Assembly (NCBI RefSeq): GCF_001194135.2
Contig: NC_068994.1
Coordinates: 4,005,170 to 4,069,169, forward strand
Direction of reading: 5' to 3'
Length of the DNA stretch: 64,000 nt
Source: Octopus bimaculoides
Taxonomy: Eukaryota
The notes beneath the pieces were generated by a model. That model saw only the letters and a program-made list of their open reading frames with translations, made no database searches and was not told the origin of the DNA. Made by a program: the position numbers and the translations under genes. Positions 37,011-50,427 of the stretch are shown here, in pieces. Each line of letters begins with the position of its first letter. The first letter of the stretch is position 1.

Positions 37011-40000
37011 TCGCTTCCTTTCAAATTCATTTATTTATTCTTTCTTTCTCTCTTTCTCTTTTATTTATTTATTTCATTATTATTACTTCCTCCACCACCG
37101 CCATCACCATCATCAATATAATGATCACCGTTGATGTGGTTGTTATTGTTTGTCACCCTCGTTTTTGGTCTCTCTCTGGGGTTTTCTCCTCTCCTTTTCT
37201 TCTATTTTTTCCACATATTTTCTCAATACGACAACAGTATTACTTAAGACATGTATATATATATATTTATATACACACACTCATGCACGTATATCTATGC
37301 GTGTGTGTGTATGTGTGTGTGTGATTCGATGCGTGATGTAAAATAAAGGCATTAAACTTATCTCATCTTTATCTCAAACTGGTTTCTTTTTATAATGTTA
37401 AACCATTAACCTTTTTTCTTAAATAAATAATTCAACCAAAAAATTCTTTTTTTCAAAAATAAAATCTTTAGTGAGGGAGATTTTTTGGATTCCCCTAGGT
37501 TGTCATCTCCCCTGCAATAAGAACTCTCTATTCTTCACTCTTCAATCATTTCCGGTGTTTCCAGGAGAAATTCTCTCAAAATAAAGCATGACAGGTTGTT
37601 GCTGTCTACGCCTAGACTATCTAGTCTCTCTTATCCTCGTAGCTGATATTTTGCAATTACATTCATAATTAATGCATGTACAACACGGCTTTTAATTACT
37701 CAGACAAGAGAACGATTAACAACAAATAGAATGGATGCTATTGCTTTCCTTAAGATGTATAACCCTTCTTCACATAGGACATGTGGTAAGGATCTGGAGA
37801 TACGTAGCCGGCAGATGGATACGTATGGAAGTGTAATATAAAAGCTTATCGAAAAAATATGTCATTGCGAACCGACAGGTTTTTCCGAGGCAAATTATCT
37901 GCTATGCCATCGATCTCCCGTATTATTAGGCGTACACAGGGCAAGCTACCCCAACGTCCAGAATTATAGAATATTTTATTAAAAATCCAATTCAAATTTG
38001 CGATGTTGGTGTTTCCCTTCAAATTGATGAGAATGCATATATGAGATGTAGGGATGGTGGGATTTAGAGAAAACTCAGCTGGGGTTTTGAAATCATGAAG
38101 TAAATTTGGGTTATGGCCCGCGTTCGAATTTCGCCGAGGACAACTTTGCCCTTCATCCTTTGGGTGTCGATAAAATAATTATCANNNNNNNNNNNNNNNN
38201 NNNNNNNNNNNNNNNNNNNNNNNNNNNNNNNNNNNNNNNNNNNNNNNNNNNNNNNNNNNNNNNNNNNNNNNNNNNNNNNNNNNNNNNNNNNNNNNNNNNN
38301 NNNNNNNNNNNNNNNNNNNNNNNNNNNNNNNNNNNNNGCGTTTGTAGTGAAAATAGATATTTAATCAATTTTACGTAGCGATATGCCTTTCCCAGTCATG
38401 GACTTTGCTTAAAGATATTAGACCGGTTTATCATTTGGGTTACATAGCACCTTCTTTTCTCTCTCTCGGGAAAACGCTTTCTGGAGAGTGAACTAGTTTC
38501 GCCTTCACTTACAAGGGCTCCCCGAAAATAAAAACTATTTTATCAACATTAAACGTGTATGTCTATCGACTAGGTTATCGGATGTTGTTTCACACCGCTG
38601 GTTACAATACGCTTCTTCATACTTCATATTCTAGCTTCCGAATGATACCGCCCCAGTGGCTCGGCGGGTGGGCCAACCTTCACCCGGAACGGAACTCCAG
38701 TCCGTTGCAGGGTTACCCAATTACAGGTGTGTTTCCATACACACGTGTGTGTATATTTCAATACAAGGTATAATAAAGATGGGATAAAACTTCTCATATT
38801 TATCAGTTACTTTAATTCAAAATATAGAATTTATTTAAAATTTTTTAAAATCTGCAAAATTGAAGGATCTCTCCTCTCCCCTCGGTTTTTATCTCCCCTT
38901 TACAAGGAACTCTTTCATATTAGTTCCTGTTCGATGTCTCAGTGCAATTTGGCACGCACGTACATATATATTTTTTTTTTTTTGTGTCCGAATATGATTT
39001 TATATATATATATATATATATATATAATCATATATATATATATAAATAAATAAACGTGTATATGTAAAAAATAAATGTGTGTTAGCTTAATGCCCTACTG
39101 TAATTGGGGTAGAAGAGTGTGCACTCGAATTCTAACAGCAGCAGTGAGTGAGTGAAGTCTATGGACGGACATCCGAAAGCTGGGCTGATAAAAGAAAACA
39201 TCCTGTTTGAAGGAAGCAACGTCAACAGCACAAAGGGAGATAAATATGTCAGGACGAATGGTATCAGTAATGTGTGTGTGTGAGATATGAGGTATACAAA
39301 TGTGTGTGTGTAGATATTATATGCAGACCTGTAGTATGTGTGCGTATATTATATACATATATGTATATAATGCTAAATGAATTACTTATCCATCTCTCTC
39401 TCTCTCTCTATAGATATATATATCTTTTGCTTTTGTAGATATGTATTTAAAAAGGGGGAAATTGATGAGTGTAACCAGTGCATGTAAGACTCATAAAGTG
39501 AAGGCGCGCGCGCACACACACACGTTTGTGTGTATTGCAGTTTTGAAGTTGTAGGAAAGGGAGAAAGGAGCTTGTGTGAGTGTTTGAAGAAGTAGGGCAG
39601 ACAAACGACTGTAGAAAACTGGGAAAAGGGCGAGGGCGGGAGGAAGATGGTAGCGTGTTGCTAAGTTAAGAGACGAAGGAATACGTGTTTGTCTGCCTAG
39701 AAAGGGTAACTTACGGGTGGGCGAATGAATGTAGACGTTATTGGGAGGTGGAAGCTACTAGAAGGAAAGATTGAAATAACGGTTGAGACGAGGGAGTTTT
39801 CAAATGTAGCAGTTTTTGTAAAACGGTTGACCATTTCTGAGCGAGTACAGAGGCTGACATGAAACTGGTTTTATTTGCTGAGATTTACAGTGGACTCAAA
39901 GAATATTGATACACTTAATAGTCTAACAGTTTTCACCAAATAACTGTTATTTATTCAAGCTGAATTCTGAACCTGTGGCATTGAAGAAAAGAGGGTTTTA

Positions 40001-40559
40001 AGAATACTTCTGAAATTCTTTTATTTGGTGCACATATTGGACTGCAGCTGCTTTGAGACACGAACTTGAAAGATTTTAATCGGTTAAAATCTCCCTCAGT
40101 ACTTATTCTGCTCAATATGCAGTTTAGGGGTTTAAAAAAATATAGCAATTCGCCGGAAGTGACGAATGGGACAACCCATGGTTTCCTGAAGCGAATTGGT
40201 GAAATCCTTTAATTTTATTAACAAAACTGCCTCGTCCACCGCCCACAGAAACCCTTATATAAATTACATTCTAGTGATATGTTAAGTATTACAGAAATAG
40301 TAGCTGTGGTGCTATATCCAGCATATATGTCGTTGGTTTTCTTACATAAACTATGCAAAAATTAAATATGTTCTGTACATAGTATGTGATATAAATCGTT
40401 TTCATGAACATATTTATTTCATGGAATTATGGGATGTCACTTCCGGTTAATTTACTTTCATTTTAAAACCTTAGGCTGTATGTTAACCAATGTATTGGAG
40501 ACATACTTTACACTTGTGAGCCCATGGATTTACACCTGAAAGGTCATGCTTTGGTCCTC

Positions 40560-40860
40560 TTAGTGATAGGCCTATCTGCCGTGACTGCAATTGATGGCTC
40601 TGTCCTCCGGTCTTGTCCTGGTACTTTCTTTTATCTATGACTGCTTTTCTTCACCAGTAAACCTCAAACTCTCCTTCAGTCTTTTTAAACTCTTCGCTTG
40701 TTCCAATAAATCTCCTGTGCGAGTGATTATCAACAATGTCCTGCCACCTTTCGACATTCATGCAAAGAGACTTCATATCTCTCTAATAGATATCTTTGAA
40801 ATGATCATGTCTTCTTTTGCTGGGGTCCAGGAACCCATACCGAAGGGCTTTTGAGAAATT
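40560..40860 (-). mobile_element. RTE-type LINE 3' end fragment
   Basis: ALRYGFLDPSKRR..FKDIY*RDMKSLCMNVERWQDIVD resembles ILYGEL..GKR...RFKD..KRDMK.L.IN.E.W.D.A.D. Confidence 0.7.
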
Positions 40861-41937
40861 ACAATCTGATATGTTGTTTGTGACTCAACTAGCAAAGGTG
40901 GTGTTGTTGCAGTAGGAGGGGGGAAGGAGGAGTAATGTGTATGTAAGACAGGCTATCATTGTTTATGACTCAGTCAGCCCACTTGGTCTCCAAGATCCAT
41001 TTTATGCTACATAGACGAATGGTTTTGAGATGCACACACTTTTTTTTTTTTAATCTACACATCCGAAGGATTCAGCATATTTGAGACCATAATCGTGAAG
41101 GAGACTCTTAAATGTTTACAAAAGTCTAAGAGAGATGTAGATATTAGCTAAACAGGAGCCTGGAAATAATTCAAAGACAAAATAAAATGCAGACATGAAT
41201 GTGTAGTAAAGGAGTTAACTTTTCAACTGTGTGATTTGGGGTTCGGCCCCTCTACTCACCACCTTCGACAAGTGTCTTCTACTATGCACACATTAGTAGT
41301 GTGGAGAAGGGAGGCTGGTCACCCATGCATACCTTAATCAACCAGTCCCCCCACTAACCTAAAATTTCAGGTTTTCTGCTTAGAGTTGAAAGAAATATTT
41401 CCTTACACGTTACGTGCATCGTTGTATAATAATGATGCAAAATATTCATTTCATTTCGATGCACACACACACACATAATGCGCAACACAGTATGAATCGG
41501 TAATACAATAGACATCTGTGTATCATATTAAATGTATATACACCACAGAAAGGAACGATGTTGTGGTCTTTGTCTGAGAGAAAACCCCTTCATTGGGATT
41601 AAAAACTCAGTAGAGTAAACACTGCCATGACTGTGTAGTAAGAAGATTTCTTCCCAACTACATGGTTTTTGGTTCAGTCCCACTCTGTGGCACCATATAT
41701 GATTTATATATATATATATATATACACACACACATATAAACATAGATACACATACACACACAGGGGCAGACACATGCATATCTATGTACATATGAATGAA
41801 AAGAAAGAAAAGAACAATAAAACAACAGACAGAACAAGAAGACACAAAAAAATGACAAAACAAATGCGTTGGTGTGAGAAAGAAAATATGTTGTTTATTT
41901 TGAAAAAGCAGAAAATGTGAAAAATATTCAGAAATAG

Positions 41938-41968
<31 letters not shown>

Positions 41969-42889
41969 TAAACAGAAATGGAGAGTAGTTAAGAGAGAGA
42001 GGGAGTAAGACAAGAAATATACATAAAGAGAGAAAGAAAGAGTGTATGTGCGTGTGTGCGCGGTCGTGTGTAATAAAACATTTTGATGCTGAAAATGGGA
42101 GACAACAGTGACCTCATAAATAAAACTGTTCAACAATATCATATGATACGATATATATATATGTATAGGGGAGATAATGAGTGAATGTCTGCAGTGCATG
42201 TCAACATTATATACACACACACACATATATATATATAAACAAAATTCAATAGGGTGTTAAAATACCACTTGCTATAAAAAGAGAGAGACAGACAGAGAGA
42301 TAAATAGACGCACATATATATTTGTGTATGTGGATGAATATATATATGTTCTATATATGTATATATATATATAGAGAGAGAGAGAGATAGGGGTGATTAC
42401 TGCATGTAGCTGCATACAAGCATAAGAAAAAATGTATTCACAGCAAAAAGGAAGAATTGTTCAATATTTAGAGGAAATTGAAGCTTTAGGATCACTTTTG
42501 TGAATTTCATATTCTGGATTGTTCACAAGTGAAGAGTTGAAAGGATGAAACCTGTTTCCAATAAACACGCGTGTGTGTGCGTGTGCATGTGTGATGAATT
42601 GTAAGGAAGAACCTGGCGCTGGAAAGGTGAATTATTTTTTGTTCCTTCTCTGGTACAAAATGCTTGGAAAATGTCTTTCATTATAGCCTTGTCTGTGGAT
42701 TTGGTAGGTAGAAACTGAAAGAAGCCTCTCTAGTATGTGTGTGTGTGTGTGTCTTTGTATCTGTGTTTGTCCCCCAAGACTGCTTAACAATCAGTGTTGG
42801 TGAATTTAAGTCTCCGCAACCTAGCGGTTTGGCAAAAGAGACCAATAGAAGAAGTACCATTACTTTCTCCAGTCCATTTCTAACAAATA

Positions 42890-43100
42890 TTTCTAAACAG
42901 GTGATCTCATCACCAAATATATCTCTCATATGAAGGACACAGCTCAAACATCTTTGATGGACGACATCCACTAGTTTCTCCTTGCTGTTGTATATCCACC
43001 TTGTCCGACTGCCATTGAGAAGACTTTGAACTGTTGACTACCATTTTCGCTTTAATATCAATGACTTTTACTTTCTAAATGTTGGAGGTCTTCCATATTT
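42890..43100 (-). mobile_element. RTE-type LINE post-RT fragment
   Basis: LLNGSRTRWIYNSKEKLVDVVHQRCLSCVL..EIT resembles LLYGSETW......L..FH.RCLR.IL....D.ITN. Confidence 0.6.
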
Positions 43101-44254
43101 TAGTGTCTATGAACATGTTTAATATAAATGTATACACCAATATTTCCTTCAATGCTGTTTAGATGCCTCTCGTTAATTAATTTCTGCTTAACAAAGCTTT
43201 GCACACAACAGCAAATTTATTATTTGCTGTTTAAATACATACAAGACTGGACAGTTTTTAATGAGCAGCAGACTCAGTGTCTGGAGCTGATGAAGCCTAA
43301 GTACATAAAATGTATCCTACAATCTGATTCCAGGGGTGAAGGTGTGTGACTCAGTGGTTAAGATATCTGACTCATAGTTGTAAGGTCCTGAGTTCGATCC
43401 ACGAGGGCAGGTCAGGCGGTACTGGCAACAACCACGCTCAAAATGGTGTATTTTTACGTGCTACCTGCACAGGAGCCAGTCTGGCGGCACCGAGAGAGAG
43501 AAACACCTTTCTTGCCAGCAGAGGTAATAACAGCTCCCAGAAGTTTCTCCAACTCATTCTTATTTGAGCCTGGACCCTAACAAGTTAATATTAACCACCA
43601 ACAATTCATGTATCACGTCACTCAGACATCCAACATTTATTCTTTTAAATACTGTTAATACAATCAATAATGTGAGCATTATCAGTCCTACAAACATCAT
43701 GCATATGTTTTGTTTATATCCCCATTTGCTGTGGATAGCGTCCAGGGAAATCTCCCCAAATGACCTTGGAGCTTTCCCCAAACGCTATCCCGCAGCAAAT
43801 TTGGCATATAAACAAACGCATACACTGTGTATGTGTGACTGATAATGTTAGACATTACTAGAGATGCTTTTAATTCGTAATTTAAAAATCGGAAATGTTC
43901 AGCATATTGTATTTTATTACCCACAATGCATCACAGGCCTCGAAGCAAACTGTCGGAGCTGATCAGGGGGCCAAACAACAGCAAAAACAACAACACCAAC
44001 AACAGTTTGAGATATTCCTTAAATTTAATACAAACATGAAATTTCATAATTAACTCAAAAAATGACATTTGTTTTGTTTTGTTTTTTATTAATTTCCATT
44101 TACAGTTACATTTTACAATATTTCATTTCCCCAGGAAGGACAAAAAGGAAAGTTTTCACTTGGTGCCAGTTGAACTCACGACTCGGTGAAGTTAAAAAAA
44201 AAAAAGAAATAAAAAACAAAATTTTTTTTAATTCCAGAAAGTGTCAAAGACATA

Positions 44255-44419
44255 GGCGTAGGCATGGCTGTGTGGTCGGTTGAGTTTACTTTGCAACCAT
44301 ACAGTCTTCGGTTCAGTCCCACTGTGTGGCACCATGGGCAAGTGTCTTCTATCAAAATCCTGGGCTAACCAAAGCCTTCTGGGTGAACTTGCCTGACGGA
44401 AACTGTATGGAATCCCATC

Positions 44420-44462
<43 letters not shown>

Positions 44463-44690
44463 TACACATGTGTACATTAGTTTATGTGTGTGTCTGTGTA
44501 TGTTACCCCACCATTTGACAACTGGTGTTGGTTTGTTTCCGTTCTTGTAACTTAGCAGTTCAGCAAAGAGAAACTGAGAGTATAAGTACCAGATTTAATA
44601 GAAGTATGGGAGCATTGATTTGTTCAACTAACCTTACAAGGCAGTGTTTCAGCATGGCCACTGTCCAATGACTGAAAGAAGCAAAGGAAC
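44255..44690 (+). mobile_element. SINE family I, full length
   Basis: Head ggcgtaggcatggctgtgtgg, core gggcaagtgtcttct, (TA)n(CA)n, tail cagcatggccactgtccaatgactgaaag. Confidence 0.88.
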
Positions 44691-45330
44691 AATAAATCAT
44701 AATTCTTGCTGTTTTTGGTTAAACCACCAACACACAAATACTGCTCTTATAATAACAATGATTTCAAATTTCTGCCACGGGGGCAGCTTGGGGGAGGCGA
44801 TTAAGTCGATTACATCGATCCCCAGTGCATAACTGGTACTTATTTAATCAACTCCAAAAAGATGAAAGGCAAAGCCGACCTCGGCGGAATTTGAACTCAA
44901 GAATGTAGCATGGCCAAAATACAGCTTAGGATTTTGGCCGATGCACTAAAGACTTTGCCAGCTCACCACCTTAATAATAATAATAATAATAATAATAATT
45001 ATTATTATTATTATTCAAATTACGATGAAAGCCAACAAAGTTTGCTATAGAAGCGTTGAGATGTATTGAAAGATAAGGAAATAATTTTATTCTCAAATGC
45101 AGGATAATGTTAATAATATAAGATGAACATGTGGTCAGTTTAGCTTAAAGGTAAAGCACTGCAATGTGTAATCACAGAGATGTGAGTTCGAGTCTCATGG
45201 CTGGCTGCTGACACAGTTTTCTGCAAGAATACAGGTAATTTATCCTGTTTATGCTATTTTATTAACATTATCCTGCATTTGAGAATAAGATGATTATTAC
45301 TATTATTATTATTATTATTATTATTATTAT

Positions 45331-45545
45331 GGTGGTGAGCTGGCAGATTTGTTAGCAGGCTGGACAAAATGCTGCCAAGCATTTTAGTCTGTCTCTACAT
45401 TCTGAAGTTCAAATTCTGCCGAGGTTGACTTAGCCTTTCATCCCTTGAGGATTGATGAAAAAAAGTACGAATTGAGCCCTGGGGTTGCTGTAATCAACGA
45501 GTCCCCTCCTTGCAAAATTTCAGGCCTTGTGCCTGTAATAGAAAG
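45331..45545 (+). mobile_element. SINE family II
   Basis: ggtggtgagctggcagatttgttagc..gttcaaattctgccgaggttgacttagcctttcatccc. An inverted copy at 44815-44975 lies on the other side of (TAA)n tracts. Confidence 0.75.
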
Positions 45546-45609
45546 GATTATTATCTTTGTCGTTGTTGTTGAAATGACAGATTCATTAGCACAACTTGCC
45601 ACCTTAGTA

Positions 45610-45652
<43 letters not shown>

Positions 45653-46439
45653 CAATCCTTTCTACTATAGGCAGAAGATCTGAAATTTGGGGAGAGCGAT
45701 ATTCGATTAGATCAGCCCCAAAAGGATGAAAAGCTAAGTTGACATGTCAGAATTTGAACTCAGAACATAGCAATGAACAACATGCTACTAAGCATTTCAC
45801 CAATAAAGCAGTTATACTACTATTACTACCACTACAACTGCAAATAGTGGTAGTAGTAGTAGTAGTAGTTGTATTAATAAATAATAACAAAAACATTAAA
45901 AATCCATGCGTTCTTTTGGAGCCAAGATACAAGGCCCTTCTCCATCACCATGACCACCGCAAGTTATTATAGGAGACAGGGGTTGGTGGTGGTTGTAGAT
46001 AGGTGGATTAACCTCAGGATATTGATGGTAGGAATTGATGATCAGCTTTAGAGGGATTAACTGTCAAAGTCGAACCTAGTGGGAAATAGAAATAGGAAAT
46101 GTGAGGCAACGTACTGGAATCGGTAAAGAGTTTCCAGGGCTAATAGTCTGCCGAATGGAGCGAGACATGTCCCCTCCCCCCAACTACGGCAGACAAGGAA
46201 ATGTAAAGGCACAATACGTGTCTTAGTTTCATTAAAAAAAGTTTTAAAAAGACTTAAAAAAATGAATTATTTGATTTTTTTTTTTCTTCAAATTTTAAAT
46301 ATAAAAAAAAAAAACCCAATTTGTAAGATCGGCACACTGCCACAGAATGGATAAAGGAAGATACTGGAGGGGAATGGGGTGGGGGTGACGTTCATGGTGT
46401 TCGGAATAGGGTCGGGGGTCTGGTAGTAATATATAAGTG

Positions 46440-46475
46440 AAATGAAATGTGCATATGTGTGTGTGTATACACACT

Positions 46476-46518
<43 letters not shown>

Positions 46519-46539
46519 TACAGATATGTGTATATATAA

Positions 46540-46598
<59 letters not shown>

Positions 46599-46810
46599 GA
46601 TATATATATACACGCACACACACATATATACATACATATGGTATATATATATACATATTTGTGTATGTGTATACACATACGATGTATATATATATACAAT
46701 ATACAAACACACATACATATATACACACGCATACAGATGTGTATATATAATGCACATACACACACACACACACATATACATACTCACATACAGACATACA
46801 GATATGTGTA
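46440..46810. repeat. (AT)n/(AC)n compound microsatellite
   Basis: Direct reading. Similar fields at about 34640-34840, 35720-36600, 60650-60925 and 61635-62505. Confidence 0.95.
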
Positions 46811-47389
46811 TATGTGCTTGTTTCAATTTCCCACTACTGCCATAAAATGAAACAAAAACAAAAGTGTACTCAATACAAGTTGTAAACTCCATATTTGTTT
46901 ATTCAAAGTTGAGGCTTCACTCTGTTTCCTTTCTGTTTTTCAGGAAACTGGCAAATCGATGTCGTAACGCAGTGCAGCTTCGTGTTTGAATAAATAAATA
47001 TATATATATGTATAAATATTTGCAAATGTAATATATATTATACGGTGAATTCTTAGCTGACCGACATGATAGGAAAGGTAAAAAGTAAAACAAACTAATA
47101 AAAAAAAATAAATACAATTAAAAAACAAAAAGGAAAAATGGAATTTATATATATATATATATATTTATATATATAAAATATATAAAACAGTTAAATTGGT
47201 GTATATGAATTTCGTTTTTTTTTTAAAAAAAAACATTACAAAAAAATTTCTACACCCAACAGGGTGTATATATGTTTTGCTGCAAGTCAAAAGATTAAAA
47301 AATACAACATCAACAAGAGAATCAAAAAAAAAAAATTTCTTTGGCATTATTTAAAACGTGATACATACATATATACATATGTATGAGAG

Positions 47390-47423
<34 letters not shown>

Positions 47424-47666
47424 NNNNNNNNNNNNNNNNNNNNNNNNNNNNNNNNNNNNNNNNNNNNNNNNNNNNNNNNNNNNNNNNNNNNNNNNNNNNN
47501 NNNNNNNNNNNNNNNNNNNNNNNNNNNNNNNNNNNNNNNNNNNNNNNNNNNNNNNNNNNNNNNNNNNNNNNNNNNNNNNNNNNNNNNNNNNNNNNNNNNN
47601 NNNNNNNNNNNNNNNNNNNNNNNNNNNNNNNNNNNNNNNNNNNNNNNNNNNNNNNNNNNNNNNNNN

Positions 47667-47697
<31 letters not shown>

Positions 47698-47706
47698 ATG
47701 CATATA

Positions 47707-48612
47707 CGAGGTGCTATCAATAAGTTCCTGGACTGGTTCTGTAGTACATTAACAGATGGCAGTAGATGGTTGCGTGCGCAGTGGGCTTCATGAGACAGTG
47801 TACGGGTGACGTTATTGTGTTTACTTCACAAGTTGCGTAATTTGAGTCTTTCTGATCACGTGTGTCTGTTGTAATCTGCGATTTTGTCGTGGACAGGAAC
47901 AAAAAGCCGACATCAAATTCTATGTTAACCTTGCAGAGTCTACTGCAGAGACATCGAACATGCTTCGGCAAGCTTACAGCGCCGAGGCAACGGGTAGTAT
48001 ACAATGTTTCGAGTGACATGGATGCTTCAGAAGCAGAAGAATGTCCCTGGAAGATGATGAGCGATTTGGAAGACCTACCGTGAGTGTCACCCCTGGAGAT
48101 GTGGTATTGTGCATTGAGAATTCATCCTACAGGGCCATACCATCGATCGAGAGTTCTACTGCAACGTTTTGAAGCGTTTGAGGGGACATTCAGTGAAACC
48201 GACCCAATCTGTGGAGCGCAAACAATTGGATTCTACATGACGACAAAGCACCGTCACTGAGATCTCCTCGCTTGGGAGTTTCTCACCAAGAACAACAGGG
48301 TAGCACTTCTGCACCTGCCATATTCACCCGATTCAGCACCTGCAGACTTCCATCTCTTCCACAAGATGAAAAGGCAGCTCGAAGGGGTCACTGTTTTAAC
48401 ACTGCTGTCAAGATCAAGAGTGAATCGTAGAAGGTCCTCGACCCACTTACAGAAAAAGACTTCCAGGCTAGATTCCAAAAGTGGCAGGAATGATGGGACC
48501 AGTGTATTGTTGCACAAGGGGACTACTTCGAAGGAGATGAGATTAAAACTTAGATGAATCAGTTATTTTTTATGAAACATAACTAGTCCGGGAACCTTTT
48601 AATGCCACCTCA
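47707..48612 (+). mobile_element. Mariner (IS630/Tc1/mariner) transposon, internally deleted, 906 bp
   Basis: TA-flanked TIRs cgaggtgctatcaataagttcctggact / agtccgggaaccttttaatgccacctca. Transposase remnants EQKADIKFYVNLAESTAETSNMLRQAY (~47897) and LHDDKAP..HLPYSPDSAPADFHLF (~48230-48360; YSPDLAP motif). Confidence 0.92.
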
Positions 48613-48631
48613 TATATATGCACATATATAC

Positions 48632-48676
<45 letters not shown>

Positions 48677-49332
48677 TACATACATACATATATGCATGTG
48701 TGTATATATATAAAAAAGATTCTAGAAATACTACACAACTGTAAGAAAGACACTTGAACATGCTAGAATGTGTATTAGAATACAGTAGAACACACACACA
48801 CACACACAAGCAGACTGCCCCTTTCTCTCCTCCTCTTCTTCTTCCTCGAGGCCCCTTTCCTCCAACTCTCAGCAAATCACAACTTTTCTTGTCAAAGGAA
48901 TGAATACTGCAGACAAAACTGCACAGTTCCATATGTTTGATTGTGTATGTGATGTTTCTCACGTGCATATGCATGCAGGAGGGGGGTGTATGCATGTATG
49001 GGTATATACATACATATATATATAAATATATCATCATTATTTGACATCCATGTTCTATATATGTATATATTCTATATTAATGAAGTACAACACACACACA
49101 CAAACATATATACAACTAGTATACAGTTGTTTGTCTATGCCTGAGTTTGTTTATGCATACCTATATAAAGACAGGTGTTCGTAGACACACACACACACTC
49201 ACACACAGATAAACTCATACAATTATGCATGTGCACATGCACACACGAGTGTCATTGTCAGAGGGTCAACGCTTATGTATATTATTCAACCAATGTGTCT
49301 GTAGGTACAAGTGAACTTAAGACTATATATAA

Positions 49333-49397
<65 letters not shown>

Positions 49398-49410
49398 TAT
49401 ACATAGTCGC

Positions 49411-49625
49411 AGACATGGTTGTGTGGTAAGAAGTTAGTTCTCCAACCATGTGTTTTCAGGTTCAGTGCTACAGCATGGCAGCAAGAGAAAGTGTCTTCTA
49501 CTATAGTCCCAGACCAACCAAAACATTGTGAGTGAATTTGGTAGAAGGAAACTAAATGAAGCCTATCATGTGTGTGTGTGTGTGTGTTACTGTCTTTATG
49601 CCTTAGCATCAGGTGATAGTTGTAA
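49411..49625 (+). mobile_element. SINE family I (degraded)
   Basis: agacatggttgtgtggtaagaag..ggttcagtgc..aagtgtcttctactatagtccc..gaatttggtagaaggaaact. Confidence 0.75.
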
Positions 49626-50427
49626 ACGAGTGTCACCTCTTTTTCCAATATTCTGCAAAAACATATCTAGTCATGGGGAAATATTATCTTACTTGGAAAC
49701 AGAGGGTTGGGAACAGGAAAAGCACTCCTTATATAGGAAATCCACTGCAATAAACCCTGTCTAACCCATGCTAGCATAGAAAAGAGGTTGCTAAAACGAT
49801 GATGATACATATATATATATAATATATATATAACATACATATATATACACATGTACACGTATTTGAGTGGTTCTGTGTATATATGTGTGTGCATGTGTGT
49901 GTGTGATTGAAATATTAAGGATGAACAGTGACTGTGTCCATTTACCAGACATGGAAAACTATTGAGTCATTTCTAGCATGTACTTTGTCCATCTTGTTCA
50001 CTAACCCAGTGAACAATCTGGAAGGTGGTGAACACCTGGACATCGTAAACAATCCAGGTGACACAAAGAATTTTTGATGAGACCCACAGATGGCCTAAAG
50101 GCCACTTAGAAACACACACACACACACGCATATTTTCACACACAATATACAACATACAAATATACACACCCCACACAAACATATGCGTAAATGGTAGCGA
50201 CTGGGTATCGAACCAGGAACCCTTAGATTCCAGGCTAACAACTTTTACTGACTAATGTCAAGTGATGTAACAGGTTAAAAAAATATTCATAGAAGACAAC
50301 TTTAGTCACAAGGATGAAAGTAGGCAGGGATCACCAGTGATACCCGAAATAGGGGGCCAGTGAATGTGGGTGGACCCTAATGTCAGCAGAGTTTTTGCAA
50401 ATACTGTGGGTGGGGTTTGTTGTTTTT

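Noticed and set aside
43343-43415. tRNA-like sequence (also 30846-30905 and 45130-45200)
   Set aside because: A/B-box-like motifs are present, but there is no paired acceptor or anticodon stem. These are SINE heads, not tRNA genes.
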